A stretch of 64,000 bases of DNA. Source: an uncultured virus (IMG/VR IMGVR_UViG_3300046747_000409) (lineage: Duplodnaviria > Heunggongvirae > Uroviricota > Caudoviricetes). Positions 48,904-58,967 of the stretch are shown here, one piece after another; within the stretch, counting starts at the first letter, position 1; each line of letters begins with the position of its first letter. The translations under genes were made by a program, and so were the position numbers. Under the pieces are notes generated by a model that saw only the letters and a program-made list of their open reading frames with translations, did no database searches and was not told the origin of the DNA. The stretch is from IMG/VR virus record IMGVR_UViG_3300046747_000409, one strand, 5' to 3'.

Positions 48904-49302
48904 TCAGCGAGGCGTCCAGTTCACTCCGGCCCCTGCCGTCGGGTTGTAGAGCGTCAGCGCCAGGAGCTGGTCGAAGGTGGCATTGTCGGGGCTGAGGTAG
49001 CGCAACCGAGCGCCGGTCGTGAACCCGAGGATGTTCGTGGCGATGAGCGCGGCGATGGCCGTATCGAAGTCGTCGGCGTTGCTCGCCTGGGTCAGCTTGA
49101 CGGCCCATGGGGTGGTGACCACGCCGCCGGTGTTGAGCAGGAAGGTGACCGCGATCTTGGCGTTGAGGCGCTTGGGGACGATGAACGCATCGAACGAGAA
49201 GCCGTCGAAGACCACGTCGGTGGGCAAGGTGGCGAGGTAGGCGTTCAGCTCGGTCTCCAGCGTGTCGCTGGACAGGATGAGCGTTTGGGTCGTCAGGGCC
49301 AT
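48904..49302 (-). CDS. Hypothetical protein divergent from origin
   Basis: GGAG upstream on minus strand; 132 aa. Confidence 0.65.
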   Translation of the reverse strand: MALTTQTLILSSDTLETELNAYLATLPTDVVFDGFSFDAFIVPKRLNAKIAVTFLLNTGGVVTTPWAVKLTQASNADDFDTAIAALIATNILGFTTGARLRYLSPDNATFDQLLALTLYNPTAGAGVNWTPR

Positions 49303-49340
49303 GAAGTACTCCGAGCAAGGCGCGAGGCTGAGGTGTGTAG

Positions 49341-49879
49341 CGTAACGGAATCACGAGAGCGGGCAACTCGATGTTGACGTTCGTAGCGGTTGTGGCATAG
49401 TCCGTGGCTCAGCCCATCTGGACGATCGAATAGACCGTAACAGATTTGAAAATACCACATCTGTTACGCGGTAAGCTCAACAACCACAACGAGTTATGAG
49501 TAAACCGAAAATGAGCGTAACAGATTTTTAAGACGGACGGTGCGAATGTGTTACGCACCTAAGTTTTAGTGGTGCAGGGGCTTATGCTAAACGTAACAGA
49601 TGTAACAGATTTTCAAAGGGGTCCGCGCGTGGCCGGGCGCAGGCGCGCACGCTCGCGCGTGCACGGACGTGCACGCGTCATGCGTGAGGCGTGCGTGTGC
49701 GCATGCGCGTCACATGTAGGGTCATTATAATCTGTTACACTGTTACATAAATATATAAATATATAAATAATAAAGGGTTGTGTCCGTAACAGATCACCGT
49801 AACGGATTTTCGGACCAAAACACGAATCTGTTACGCTTTTTCAAGTCCTTGTGTACTCACTGGTTATAGCGTAACGGAT
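49341..49879. repeat. Putative replication origin: 13 (C)GTAACRGAT-like iterons, AT-rich core, RY tract
   Basis: Copies at 49341, 49436, 49459(-), 49516, 49546(-), 49592, 49602, 49730(-), 49739(-), 49785, 49798, 49826(-), 49870; ATAAATATATAAATATATAAATAATAAA at 49747-49774; upstream of primase. Confidence 0.8.
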
Positions 49880-50186
49880 TTTATTTCCGGCCGGACGAGT
49901 GCCTTATGGACCTATGTTCAAGACCTACACGACCATCAGGGTGTGGTCTGTACGGACCCATCCTCTCTCCTGGTGTGCGCCGTACGGACCTCACCAAGTC
50001 ATCCTTGACGAATCAGCTGAGGCCCTAGCATCCGACTCAGGAACCTCTGCGGGTAATGCCGCAATCCGAGCACGCCACACCCTCAGCTAACCCCTGAGGG
50101 TGTGTCGTTTACAGGCGCTTGACGAACTCGCCCCGGATCGCCAAGGTGACCGACCAGCTGGTGCTCCCCAGCAAGAGGTCATCCCG

Positions 50187-53100
50187 ATGTTTCATAGACC
50201 GCATGTGCCGGCTGTACCGCCGTCGACTCCTTCCGCGCCGCCGTACGCGCCATCGCCGGTCCCTCCCCCACTCCCTCCGTACGTCACCCCGAGCATGCCG
50301 GTCTATGCGGCACCACCGCTCCCACCGTACGCCCCGGCTACGATTCCAGCCGCCGCTCCGGTAGGTCCGCACCCACTGCAGCGCCCGATTACCGGCAACG
50401 TCGTAGGCGTCGATCGGGTTCCCTACGTACTGACCCTGGCGCACCCGAAAGTCCGCGGCTTCGCGATGCTGGACGAGCAGGGCCAGATGGTGAACGACGA
50501 AGGGAAACCCGTCGGGTTGAATCCGACGATGCCGCTCCTGCAGGCCTTCGGCGCCGAGCATGTCCGCGACGAACACATGGTCTGCTACACGGTCTCCGGC
50601 GCTGACGGCCCGACCATGGGCTCGGTGCCGCGCATGACCAAAGGCGCCGTCGCCGCGCTCTTCGACCCGAACGACATTTGCAAATACCGGGAGCGCCTCC
50701 CCGGCATCATGCAGGTCAGCGGCACCATGCTGGCGCTCGACTTCGACCTGCCGGAACACGTACGCTGGACCGACGCGCACCGGGTGACGGTGCAGAACCT
50801 CATCACCGAGTGCGGCGGACGCTGGCCGATGATGACGCAGCCGTCGGTCTTCTACGCCACCAATGGCGGCCTGCGCCTCGTGTGGATCCTCAGCCGCCCG
50901 GTGGACGTCCGCGGCGCTGGCGGTCTCGAAGATCTCCTGCACGGCTTGGTGGCGACGGCGTACATGGCTGGGCTCCTAGTTGATCCCGCCTGCCGCGACT
51001 GGACGCGCCTCTTCCGCCTCCCCCGCGTGATCCGCGAGGACAAGCAGCCAGCGGAGGCGCACACCTCTCGGCAATCGTACTTCGCCCAGAGCTACGGGCG
51101 CATCGACTTCAACGCGAAGGATGCCGCGCCTGCCGACGGCAAGCTGCTGGTGTACGATCCTGACAGCTTCACGCCGCTGAGCGCGATGGCGATCGAGCAC
51201 TTCGAGGTCTCCTCCATCGCGAAGAGCCTCGGCGACAAATGGAAGGGCCGCATCGGTCGAGCTCCACGCGATTGGTCGCACGTGATCGCCGCCATCGAGA
51301 CCGGGGACTGTCCGAACGACGAGCAGGTCCAGCGCATTCTCACCGGCAGTGCGAGCGGCGGCTCAGGACAGAGCGCCCTCTACCGCGCGATGATCACCAC
51401 CCTGCGTGCGAAAGCACAGCCGCGTGATGTCACGAGACAGGTGCCCGAGGCCGCGTACGCCCACGGCATCCTGGCCGAAGAAGCGGACATGCGCGACGAG
51501 GTCGCCGGCAAGAAGCAACTGCACGCCGGGATCATGCGCCTCGCCCGCTCGATCTGCTACGTGATGCAAGATCGTCTCGGTGAAGACGAGCACAGCGTCA
51601 GTCCGCAGGTGGTATACGCCCTCACGATCCAGCCCGCTCGGCGAGCGAACGCCAAGCATCAGGACGAGGGTCAGAAGGTCCGCGATGATACGGCGCTCTG
51701 CCGCGAGGTGTGGGACGTCGTCACGTGGTTCTACACGAGGTGGCGATCGACCGTGATCATGCGCGCCGAGGAAGCACAGGACGACCACGCAGCCCAAGCG
51801 GCGATGCAGGCGACCATGCTGGAGCTGGTCGGCGCCTACCGGGACAAGATCATCAGCTCGATCGAGCAGTGGTCGGGAGGGCTCGGTGCGCCAGATGACC
51901 GCCGACGCTCCTGGCTGAACGAGAACTGGGCGCGCCTCGCCATTCTGCGCGTCGGCAAGAACAAGCACCTGCTGCGCGTGAACCCGACCGGGACCATCGG
52001 CTACGGTGAGCCTGCCCAGGATGTGGCCGACCTCGTCGCTCTCCGCGCGGTCTGCAATCACTCCCTGGTGAAATTCACGAAGCTGAACAAGGAAGGCATC
52101 GAGACCTACCGGGACATGCCGGAGATCGCCGGCGAATCGATGACGATTGCGCGCGACATGCGCCTCAGTCGGTTGGTGTCGAGCAGCAGCGCACGCATCC
52201 GCTTGAACAACGACTCGGCGGTGAACGTGCAGTTCGTGCAGTCGCTCCCGGGGATGAGTACGACGATCGTCCCCGCGTACGATCCACTGGTCGACGAGTG
52301 GCTCTACCTCCTCGCCGGCGGTGACGCCAATCCGAAGGGGTACGACGAGCTCTGCGATTGGCTGGCAGCGTACCCACAGATTGAGAAGCCAGCGCCGGCG
52401 ATGTACATCCAGGCGGACGCGGGCGTCGGCAAAGGAATGCTTGCCCTCGGCCTGCGGCGCATGACCGAGACCGACGTTGCCGGCAAGTTCGACGACTTCC
52501 TCTCCGACTTCCAGGACGTGTTGTACCACACGCCGCTCATCTGGGTCGACGAGGCGGTAACGACCAAGAAGCCGACCAAGCGCGTCCTCGACACCTTCAA
52601 GATGATCGTCACCGGGGAAGCGAACTGCCTGAACCCGAAAGGCACCGCGGCGACCCCGCTCGAAGGCAACTGGCGGATGCTCATCACCGCCAACCACGAC
52701 CACGCGATCCCCTGGGACGAAGAGGTCAGCGGCAACGACTTGAACGCCGTCACGCAGCGCTTGCACCACCTGACGTCCGACAGCGCCGGATGCAAAGCGT
52801 TCCTGGAGCGTATCGGTCAGCGCGAGGGCACCGAAGGGTGGCCAGAAAAGCGCATACCTGGGCACGTGGCCTACCTCGCGCAGACCCGCCAGCTCAAGAA
52901 GAACCAGCGCCTGCTCACGCAACCGACCGCCAACGCCTTCCACGATTCAATCTCGATCAGCAGCGGCCACACCAGCAGCGTGACCGCCCTCATCGGCAAG
53001 CTCATGCTCTCGAACCCGAGCCTGCGCGATTCGGCCCTCGCGATCGAGAACGATCAGGTGTACATCGTCCCGTCCCCGGCCCTGGACGCCCTGCAGCAGA

Positions 53101-53489
53101 TGAACCGCCACGAGGAGTCACTGCCGAAGAACGAGAAGCGCCTGGGCCAGTCGCTCAAACACATCAGCATCGGCGGCGAGAGTGTTCCCAAGCGATTGAA
53201 GCTCGGAAACGAAAAAGAGAAAAGGCCTTTTCGGGCGTGGCAATTGGACATGCCAAAAATCATCGCATGGCTCCACAAGAACGACGTCAAATGTGACCTG
53301 CGCCCGTTCCTGAAGGAGACCCTCTGGAAGCTGTACGCCCCGCCAGAGATCTACGCCGAATACGCCGATCAGCCCGTGGACGCGGTGACACCACCGAAGC
53401 CGCCACCGGTGGTCACGAAGGCACCCCCGAAGCCGCCACCAGTGCCACCGAAGCTAATTCAGTTCCCGACGCAGGTGGCCGTTAAGTAG
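50187..53489 (+). CDS. Primase-helicase: AEP/PrimPol domain + SF3-type (DUF5906-like) helicase
   Basis: LALDFD, YATNGGLRLVW, DPACRDWTRLFRLP; Walker A ADAGVGKG, Walker B IWVDE, LITAN; Pro-rich termini. Confidence 0.85.
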   Translation: MFHRPHVPAVPPSTPSAPPYAPSPVPPPLPPYVTPSMPVYAAPPLPPYAPATIPAAAPVGPHPLQRPITGNVVGVDRVPYVLTLAHPKVRGFAMLDEQGQMVNDEGKPVGLNPTMPLLQAFGAEHVRDEHMVCYTVSGADGPTMGSVPRMTKGAVAALFDPNDICKYRERLPGIMQVSGTMLALDFDLPEHVRWTDAHRVTVQNLITECGGRWPMMTQPSVFYATNGGLRLVWILSRPVDVRGAGGLEDLLHGLVATAYMAGLLVDPACRDWTRLFRLPRVIREDKQPAEAHTSRQSYFAQSYGRIDFNAKDAAPADGKLLVYDPDSFTPLSAMAIEHFEVSSIAKSLGDKWKGRIGRAPRDWSHVIAAIETGDCPNDEQVQRILTGSASGGSGQSALYRAMITTLRAKAQPRDVTRQVPEAAYAHGILAEEADMRDEVAGKKQLHAGIMRLARSICYVMQDRLGEDEHSVSPQVVYALTIQPARRANAKHQDEGQKVRDDTALCREVWDVVTWFYTRWRSTVIMRAEEAQDDHAAQAAMQATMLELVGAYRDKIISSIEQWSGGLGAPDDRRRSWLNENWARLAILRVGKNKHLLRVNPTGTIGYGEPAQDVADLVALRAVCNHSLVKFTKLNKEGIETYRDMPEIAGESMTIARDMRLSRLVSSSSARIRLNNDSAVNVQFVQSLPGMSTTIVPAYDPLVDEWLYLLAGGDANPKGYDELCDWLAAYPQIEKPAPAMYIQADAGVGKGMLALGLRRMTETDVAGKFDDFLSDFQDVLYHTPLIWVDEAVTTKKPTKRVLDTFKMIVTGEANCLNPKGTAATPLEGNWRMLITANHDHAIPWDEEVSGNDLNAVTQRLHHLTSDSAGCKAFLERIGQREGTEGWPEKRIPGHVAYLAQTRQLKKNQRLLTQPTANAFHDSISISSGHTSSVTALIGKLMLSNPSLRDSALAIENDQVYIVPSPALDALQQMNRHEESLPKNEKRLGQSLKHISIGGESVPKRLKLGNEKEKRPFRAWQLDMPKIIAWLHKNDVKCDLRPFLKETLWKLYAPPEIYAEYADQPVDAVTPPKPPPVVTKAPPKPPPVPPKLIQFPTQVAVK

Positions 53490-53522
53490 GAGTCATAACT
53501 CCACCCCTTGCCGATTTGACTC
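53490..53522. promoter_or_regulatory. Operator-like inverted repeat GAGTCATAAC-N13-GATTTGACTC
   Basis: Intergenic; followed by TATAAG and GTG start. Confidence 0.7.
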
Positions 53523-53541
53523 ACCCGTATAAGGTCTGCGC

Positions 53542-56208
53542 GTGCTCATCCTTCCGTCCCCGGTGCCCCTGTCGGTCAACGTCTCTGCCTCGCAGATCAA
53601 GACGGTGGACATGTGCACCCGCAAGTGGTGGTTCGACAAGGTCGCCAACGTCCGCGAGCGCCAGAAGCACCACTTCCATCTGGGACACGCGCTGCACGCC
53701 ATCGGCGAGCACTTCCTCTTGGGACAGTTCACGAACGAGGACGATCTCTACTTCCCCGGCTGGAGCGATGGCCTGGAGGACTTCGAGCAGGTGTGGATGA
53801 AGAAGGTGGTCCGCCGCGCGGTCGCCACCGGCATCTGGAGCGCACTGCCTGAAGCGTACATCGAGTTCCCGATCCTGTACCTGCTGGGCGATCAACACCG
53901 CGACGCCGACGGTCTCCCGCTGATGGCCGCCGCGAACACCTACGTGGACAAGGACAAGGTCCGTCGCCACGGCAAACCGCTGCAACTCATCGACGGACGC
54001 CCGCTTCCCAGGGGCTGGGACGATCTCCCACTCTTCGTCGGCTTCATCGACGTCATGCAGCTGGGTAGATCGCCAGCGATCATCGACCACAAGAGTGCGA
54101 AGAGCCGCAAGTACGCGCTCACCGCCAAGGAACTGGCCGATGACAGTCAGGTGCTGTCGTACGCCGCCGCCGCGTGGCAGCTCTCCGGCGCACGCCAGCC
54201 CATTCGGTTGCGTCATAACGTCTTCATCAAGGCCGAGGTGAAGCCAGAGCTGCAGGTATTCAAGACCGATGCGGTCGCCCCGCTGGAAGCCATCCAGCGT
54301 CAGTGGGAACACAACCGCACGGTCGTGAAGAAGATGATCCTGCTGCGCCAGCAGGCGCCCAAGATCAACGACCCAGACGTCCGCAAGCGCGCGAACAACT
54401 ACCTGAAGGTGCCGAGCGCCCTCGACCAGGGCCGCGTCCGCGAAGCGTGCGACTGCTACGGCGGCTGTCCGTTCCGTGAAGCCTGCTTCGGCCGCGCCCG
54501 CATCGAGACGGTCGTCCAGCAGCTCGACGCTCCAGACCCGTTCGGCGCCGTGATCGCCAGCCGCGACGAAGGTCGCAAGGCCAAGCAGTACGGCGCACTC
54601 ATCCTCACCAACGCGCATCACCCCGTCGTCCCAGGAACTACGCACATGTTCAACAAACCAGCCCCCACCACCCCAGCCCCGGTTACGCTCGGATCCGACG
54701 CGTACGTCCGCGAGCCCGAGAACCCGAAGAAGCAGTACAAGGCGCGCGTCATTGCCTTTGGCGGAGCCCCCGGCTCAGGCGACTTGGTCGTCGCGCTCTG
54801 GCCCGTCCCCAACGTCGCGCCCAATTTCGACACGCTTCCTGCGACGTACGGGACCACCCTGCCGGCGGCGGCGCTGTCGTCCGTACCGCACCCTGATGCT
54901 GAGCTGGTCGGTTATGTGACCGCACTTACCGAGGGGGGCTACCCTCAGGACAAGACCATGTGGGAGCCTGCGCAGGGCGTCGACGCGGTCGCTGCCACCG
55001 TAGGCTCCGCCAAGATCGCCAAGCGCGAGGATGTGGTGAGCCCGTTCGGACCGATGCAGGGGGTGAGTGTCCCGGTGACGGCCCCCAAAGCGGCGCCGGT
55101 GATCAACCCGACCGCCCCCGCGGAACAGGGTGCGCTGGAACACCTCCCAGTGGTCACCACCCCTGCGGCGATCGGCACCGTGCTGCGAGTCGCTGATACG
55201 AAGCACGCGTACTGGGGCAAGCTCAAGGGCAAGCTCGCGAAAGTGATGGCAGTCTCACCCGGTGATGACGGCTCGCTCATGTACGCGGTCGAGATCGAAG
55301 GCTTCCCGTACCCGGACGTTCACGCAGGTCGTTTCGAGCTCATCCCGGTGGCAGGCGGTCCAGCAGGATACAACCCGGCGGCGGACCTGCAGACCCGCGC
55401 CCTGTCCCTCAAGGGCCAGTTGGTGACGATCACGCTCAAGAACGGTGCGTTGTACAACGTCTCGTTGGATGACGTCAACGAGGTCGGTATCAGCGCCATC
55501 GCTGGACAGATCACACCGACCTGGGAGGAGATCGCCGACATCACGCCGCTCACGCAGCAGGGCATCCCGCACCTCGACGTACCCAAAGGTAAGGGGAAGG
55601 TGCTGGCCAACATGGAAGCCGACACCGCAGCGGGCAAGGCGAAGACCGCCAAGCAGCTGGAGAAGGAGGCCAAGGCCGCTGAAAAACAGCGCATCGCAGA
55701 CGAGAAGGCGGCAGCGAAACAGCAAGTCGTAGACGCCAAGGCCGCGGCAGCGAAGGCGGCTGCGGATCTGAAGGCGCTCCTCGACGCCAAGAAGAACAAG
55801 CCAGCGCCGGTGGCCGCAGCAGCACCAGCAGGGGAGCCTGAGGACATCACCGTCCACCCGGTCGTGGCACCCGTACCACCGGTCATCAGTACGACATCGA
55901 CGCTTGCAGCTGCTCAACCGATCACAGCGCAGCCTCCGGCCCAGGCGGTCGCTCTCGCAGCAGCAGCGCAAGCCCAGGCGATCGTCGATCCCCTCACGGT
56001 CGCCGCCGATCTCCTGCGTTCGATCCTGATGAGCGACCGTCTCAACCGGACGCAGCTCGAAGCGCTGGTGCCCTTGATCGAACAGGCTCGCGCCAACCGG
56101 GCTCCGATCACGGTCGGATTCAGCAAGGACGAGTTGCGCACGAAATTCGCAGAAGTGAGCGTCGTGCTGAATCAGTTCGCCAGCATGGCTGAGACCGTCG
56201 GCCGCTGA
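53542..56208 (+). CDS. Cas4/AddB-like PD-(D/E)XK exonuclease with long C-terminal extension
   Basis: SASQI..C.RKWW, GHALH, GFID, IIDHK, C..YGGCPF..C Fe-S motif. Confidence 0.85.
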   Translation: MLILPSPVPLSVNVSASQIKTVDMCTRKWWFDKVANVRERQKHHFHLGHALHAIGEHFLLGQFTNEDDLYFPGWSDGLEDFEQVWMKKVVRRAVATGIWSALPEAYIEFPILYLLGDQHRDADGLPLMAAANTYVDKDKVRRHGKPLQLIDGRPLPRGWDDLPLFVGFIDVMQLGRSPAIIDHKSAKSRKYALTAKELADDSQVLSYAAAAWQLSGARQPIRLRHNVFIKAEVKPELQVFKTDAVAPLEAIQRQWEHNRTVVKKMILLRQQAPKINDPDVRKRANNYLKVPSALDQGRVREACDCYGGCPFREACFGRARIETVVQQLDAPDPFGAVIASRDEGRKAKQYGALILTNAHHPVVPGTTHMFNKPAPTTPAPVTLGSDAYVREPENPKKQYKARVIAFGGAPGSGDLVVALWPVPNVAPNFDTLPATYGTTLPAAALSSVPHPDAELVGYVTALTEGGYPQDKTMWEPAQGVDAVAATVGSAKIAKREDVVSPFGPMQGVSVPVTAPKAAPVINPTAPAEQGALEHLPVVTTPAAIGTVLRVADTKHAYWGKLKGKLAKVMAVSPGDDGSLMYAVEIEGFPYPDVHAGRFELIPVAGGPAGYNPAADLQTRALSLKGQLVTITLKNGALYNVSLDDVNEVGISAIAGQITPTWEEIADITPLTQQGIPHLDVPKGKGKVLANMEADTAAGKAKTAKQLEKEAKAAEKQRIADEKAAAKQQVVDAKAAAAKAAADLKALLDAKKNKPAPVAAAAPAGEPEDITVHPVVAPVPPVISTTSTLAAAQPITAQPPAQAVALAAAAQAQAIVDPLTVAADLLRSILMSDRLNRTQLEALVPLIEQARANRAPITVGFSKDELRTKFAEVSVVLNQFASMAETVGR

Positions 56209-58685
56209 TGTTCCCGAAGCCGCCGCCAGTCCCGCCGCGAGCCCCACCGGTACCTCCTCAGGTGCCGGTGTTCCGGGCGCCTCCGTTGCCTCCACCCCTC
56301 CCGCCTCGGCTTCCGCCACCGGTACCGCCGCGGGCACCTCCAACGCCACCGCCCGTCTACGTGCCGCTCCTCCGGGCACCGTCGGTACCGGTGTCGATGG
56401 CGGCGGTGTTGGCGCAGCAAGCCGGGGGTCGGGTGGCCAAGGCCCCTCCCGTGCCACGGGAAGCACGCATCGGCATTCTGGACCCTGCGTTCCCCCGCGA
56501 CCCAGAGATGTGGCGGCAACAGGTATTGAGCGTCTTGGGTGAGGCCGTCCTGGCTGGTCCTGTGGCGCAGATTGACTTTGCTCGCATCCTCTCACTGCCG
56601 GTGCACCCGCTGGACCGCCCCCGGTGCCCAGACCCGGAGACGTACGCACGCACCTTGGTGAACCCGGCGGCGCCGATGGAGGACGGGAAGGCGTTCGCTC
56701 TCCGCCCGCTCCAGATCGATGCACTCTACGAATACGAGACCCTCGGCGGACTCATCAGCCCGCTCGGCGTCGGTGCAGGCAAGACCGTCTGCTGCGTAGG
56801 ATCGGCCAAGATAGGCCTGCAGCGGCGTGGCCACCGCCGTGCGGTCATCATGGTTCCGCCCGAGGTGATCGACCAGCTCGTGAAGGTAGACATCCCGCGC
56901 ATGCGCTCGCGCCTGTCGCTGGATGGAATCGCCTTCTGGCCGGTGCAGGGAAGTGCCGAGAAGCGTAAGTGGATCTGCGAGCAACCGGGCAGCGGCGTGT
57001 GGATCTACACGTACAGCATGCTGAGCACTCCGACGGGCGAGGAAGAGCTGCGGAGCATCGCCGCCACGCTCCACATCTGCGACGAAGCGCAGCGCATCGC
57101 CAACCGCTCCAGCGCACGCACGAAGCGCTGGCTGGGGGTCGTGGATAAGATCGAGGAAGCACTGCTCGCGGGGCGCCTCGGTCCCGACGTCACCGCCAAG
57201 CACGTCGAGGTGCTGGCACTCAGCGGTACGATCACGCGCAAGAGCGTGAAGGATTACTCACACCTTGCCGAACTGGCGCTCATCAACGCCAGCCCAGTAC
57301 CAATGCACGGGCAGAGTATCTACGAGCTCAGCACCGCCATTGATCAGGACCACGAAGGAACGGGCCTCAGCGAAGAAGAGCAACGCCGCGTCGGCATGTT
57401 CCTGACCTGGGCCAGCCAGAACGGGATCAACTGGTCCGATGAAAAGTATCAGACCTACTCACGGCGGGAGATGCTGCGCGAAGCGTACCAATTGCGGTTG
57501 CGGTCGTCCCCTGGTGTGATCGGCAGCTCGGACGTCGGCGTGGAAGCCAGCTTGATCATCGCCTGGAGCGAGCCGCAGCGTCCGCGCAACGCGTCGACCG
57601 AGCTGATGGTAACCCACATGCAGAATGTGGTCGAGAAGATGCAGACGCCCGACGGCGATGAGATCGACTTTGCCATGCACTCGTTCAAGTGGCTTTGGGA
57701 GCTGTCGAGCGGGTTCTACAATTCGCTGCAGTGGCCAGCGGTGGATGTGGTCGTCCGCACGCAGGCTATGAAAAACAAGCCGGTGTCGACCAGTGAGGCG
57801 ACCGCCATCATCCTCGCCTCCCAGGAGCATCACGCGCTCCTGCAGGCCTACCACGTGCAGCTACGCCGGTTCCTCAAGAACACCTACATTCCGAAGTGTG
57901 ACACGCCGATGCTGGTGGCCGCCGAGATCACCCGCCAGATCGAAGGCAAGGAGCGCAACCACCGACTGCCAAGCGACCTCATCGACGCGTACAAGGTGCA
58001 GAAGGAAGCACGCTTCGACGAGATGATCGAGCGCTTCAGCATGGCGGTACGCATCTGTGACTACAAGCCAGCAGCCGCGGTGCAGTGGGCGGAGGAGCAC
58101 GCGAAGAAAGACGTTGGCGGGTACATCTGGTTCCATCATCCCGAGCTCGGGCGGTGGACGTGCGAGCTCCTGAAAGAGGCCGGGATCGAGCACACGTTCG
58201 CGCCGGCTGGGCACAACGACGCTCCGTTCAAGAGCGGGATCATCGTGGCCAGCTACGCGCATGGCACAGGCAAGAACCTGCAGCATCAGTCGCGCAACCT
58301 GTTCCTGGAGCTGCCGCAGACGGCGCTCACGATGGAGCAGACGATTGGGCGCACCCACCGCAGCGGCCAGAAGGCAGACGACGTGCGGTGTGACGTGTAC
58401 GTCGGCAACGGCTTCGAGCTGGCGCTGTACAACCACTTGTTAGCGCAAGCGGACTACATCCAAGCGACCACCGGCATGGCTCAGCGGTTGTGTTATGCAA
58501 CGCATTCGCCGGTGGTGCCGCCGGTGAACCCTCGCCTCCTGGAACGCCTCGGTATCGTCAAGCGCGGCGATGACGTACCTCGCCGCTCGAACATCGAAGC
58601 CCACCAAGCCCTCACCGAGCCAGATGCGCTCGATTGGACCTCTGCTTTTCGTTCCGCTCTCTACGTTGCTGGAGAAAAGACATGA
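56208..58685 (+). CDS. SF2 (SNF2-like) helicase with Pro-rich N-terminus
   Basis: LRPLQ, GVGAGKT, ICDEAQ, LSGT, GTGKNLQ, EQTIGRTHRSGQ. Confidence 0.85.
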   Translation: MFPKPPPVPPRAPPVPPQVPVFRAPPLPPPLPPRLPPPVPPRAPPTPPPVYVPLLRAPSVPVSMAAVLAQQAGGRVAKAPPVPREARIGILDPAFPRDPEMWRQQVLSVLGEAVLAGPVAQIDFARILSLPVHPLDRPRCPDPETYARTLVNPAAPMEDGKAFALRPLQIDALYEYETLGGLISPLGVGAGKTVCCVGSAKIGLQRRGHRRAVIMVPPEVIDQLVKVDIPRMRSRLSLDGIAFWPVQGSAEKRKWICEQPGSGVWIYTYSMLSTPTGEEELRSIAATLHICDEAQRIANRSSARTKRWLGVVDKIEEALLAGRLGPDVTAKHVEVLALSGTITRKSVKDYSHLAELALINASPVPMHGQSIYELSTAIDQDHEGTGLSEEEQRRVGMFLTWASQNGINWSDEKYQTYSRREMLREAYQLRLRSSPGVIGSSDVGVEASLIIAWSEPQRPRNASTELMVTHMQNVVEKMQTPDGDEIDFAMHSFKWLWELSSGFYNSLQWPAVDVVVRTQAMKNKPVSTSEATAIILASQEHHALLQAYHVQLRRFLKNTYIPKCDTPMLVAAEITRQIEGKERNHRLPSDLIDAYKVQKEARFDEMIERFSMAVRICDYKPAAAVQWAEEHAKKDVGGYIWFHHPELGRWTCELLKEAGIEHTFAPAGHNDAPFKSGIIVASYAHGTGKNLQHQSRNLFLELPQTALTMEQTIGRTHRSGQKADDVRCDVYVGNGFELALYNHLLAQADYIQATTGMAQRLCYATHSPVVPPVNPRLLERLGIVKRGDDVPRRSNIEAHQALTEPDALDWTSAFRSALYVAGEKT

Positions 58686-58894
58686 AAATTCATTGTAGCA
58701 AGCATGACGCCACCACTGAAGTCATCGAGCTGGGTGAGTCGAAGCACCCGAGCCACGTACTCGGGCAGTGCGCGATATGCCTCCACGAGGACGGCATCTC
58801 GTTTGCCAAGCGCCTACACGAGGTGAGGGATCAACGCGACACGCTCGTCAAGGCGATCGACATCGCAAAAACTGTCACCATCCAACAAATTTAG
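58682..58894 (+). CDS. Small Cys/His protein
   Basis: ATGA overlap; CSKH..CAIC. Confidence 0.55.
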   Translation: MKIHCSKHDATTEVIELGESKHPSHVLGQCAICLHEDGISFAKRLHEVRDQRDTLVKAIDIAKTVTIQQI

Positions 58895-58920
58895 ATCACC
58901 CACTTGACTCCGTCTGTTCG

Positions 58921-58953
58921 GAGTCATAACCACCAGTCCCAGCGATTTGACAC
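58921..58953. promoter_or_regulatory. Operator-like repeat GAGTCATAAC-N13-GATTTGACAC
   Basis: Extra TGACTC/GAGTCA half-sites at 58905 and 58958. Confidence 0.7.
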
Positions 58954-58967
58954 ACAGGAGTCAGCTC

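Noticed and set aside
49341..49879. Iteron cluster as a mini-CRISPR
   Set aside because: Repeats are about 9-10 nt, in both orientations, with irregular spacing
49899..50090. 63-aa ORF between origin and primase
   Set aside because: No start context or recognisable motif; likely non-coding leader
53542..54645. Cas4 as part of a CRISPR-Cas locus
   Set aside because: No cas1/cas2 or array; sits in a typical phage replication block
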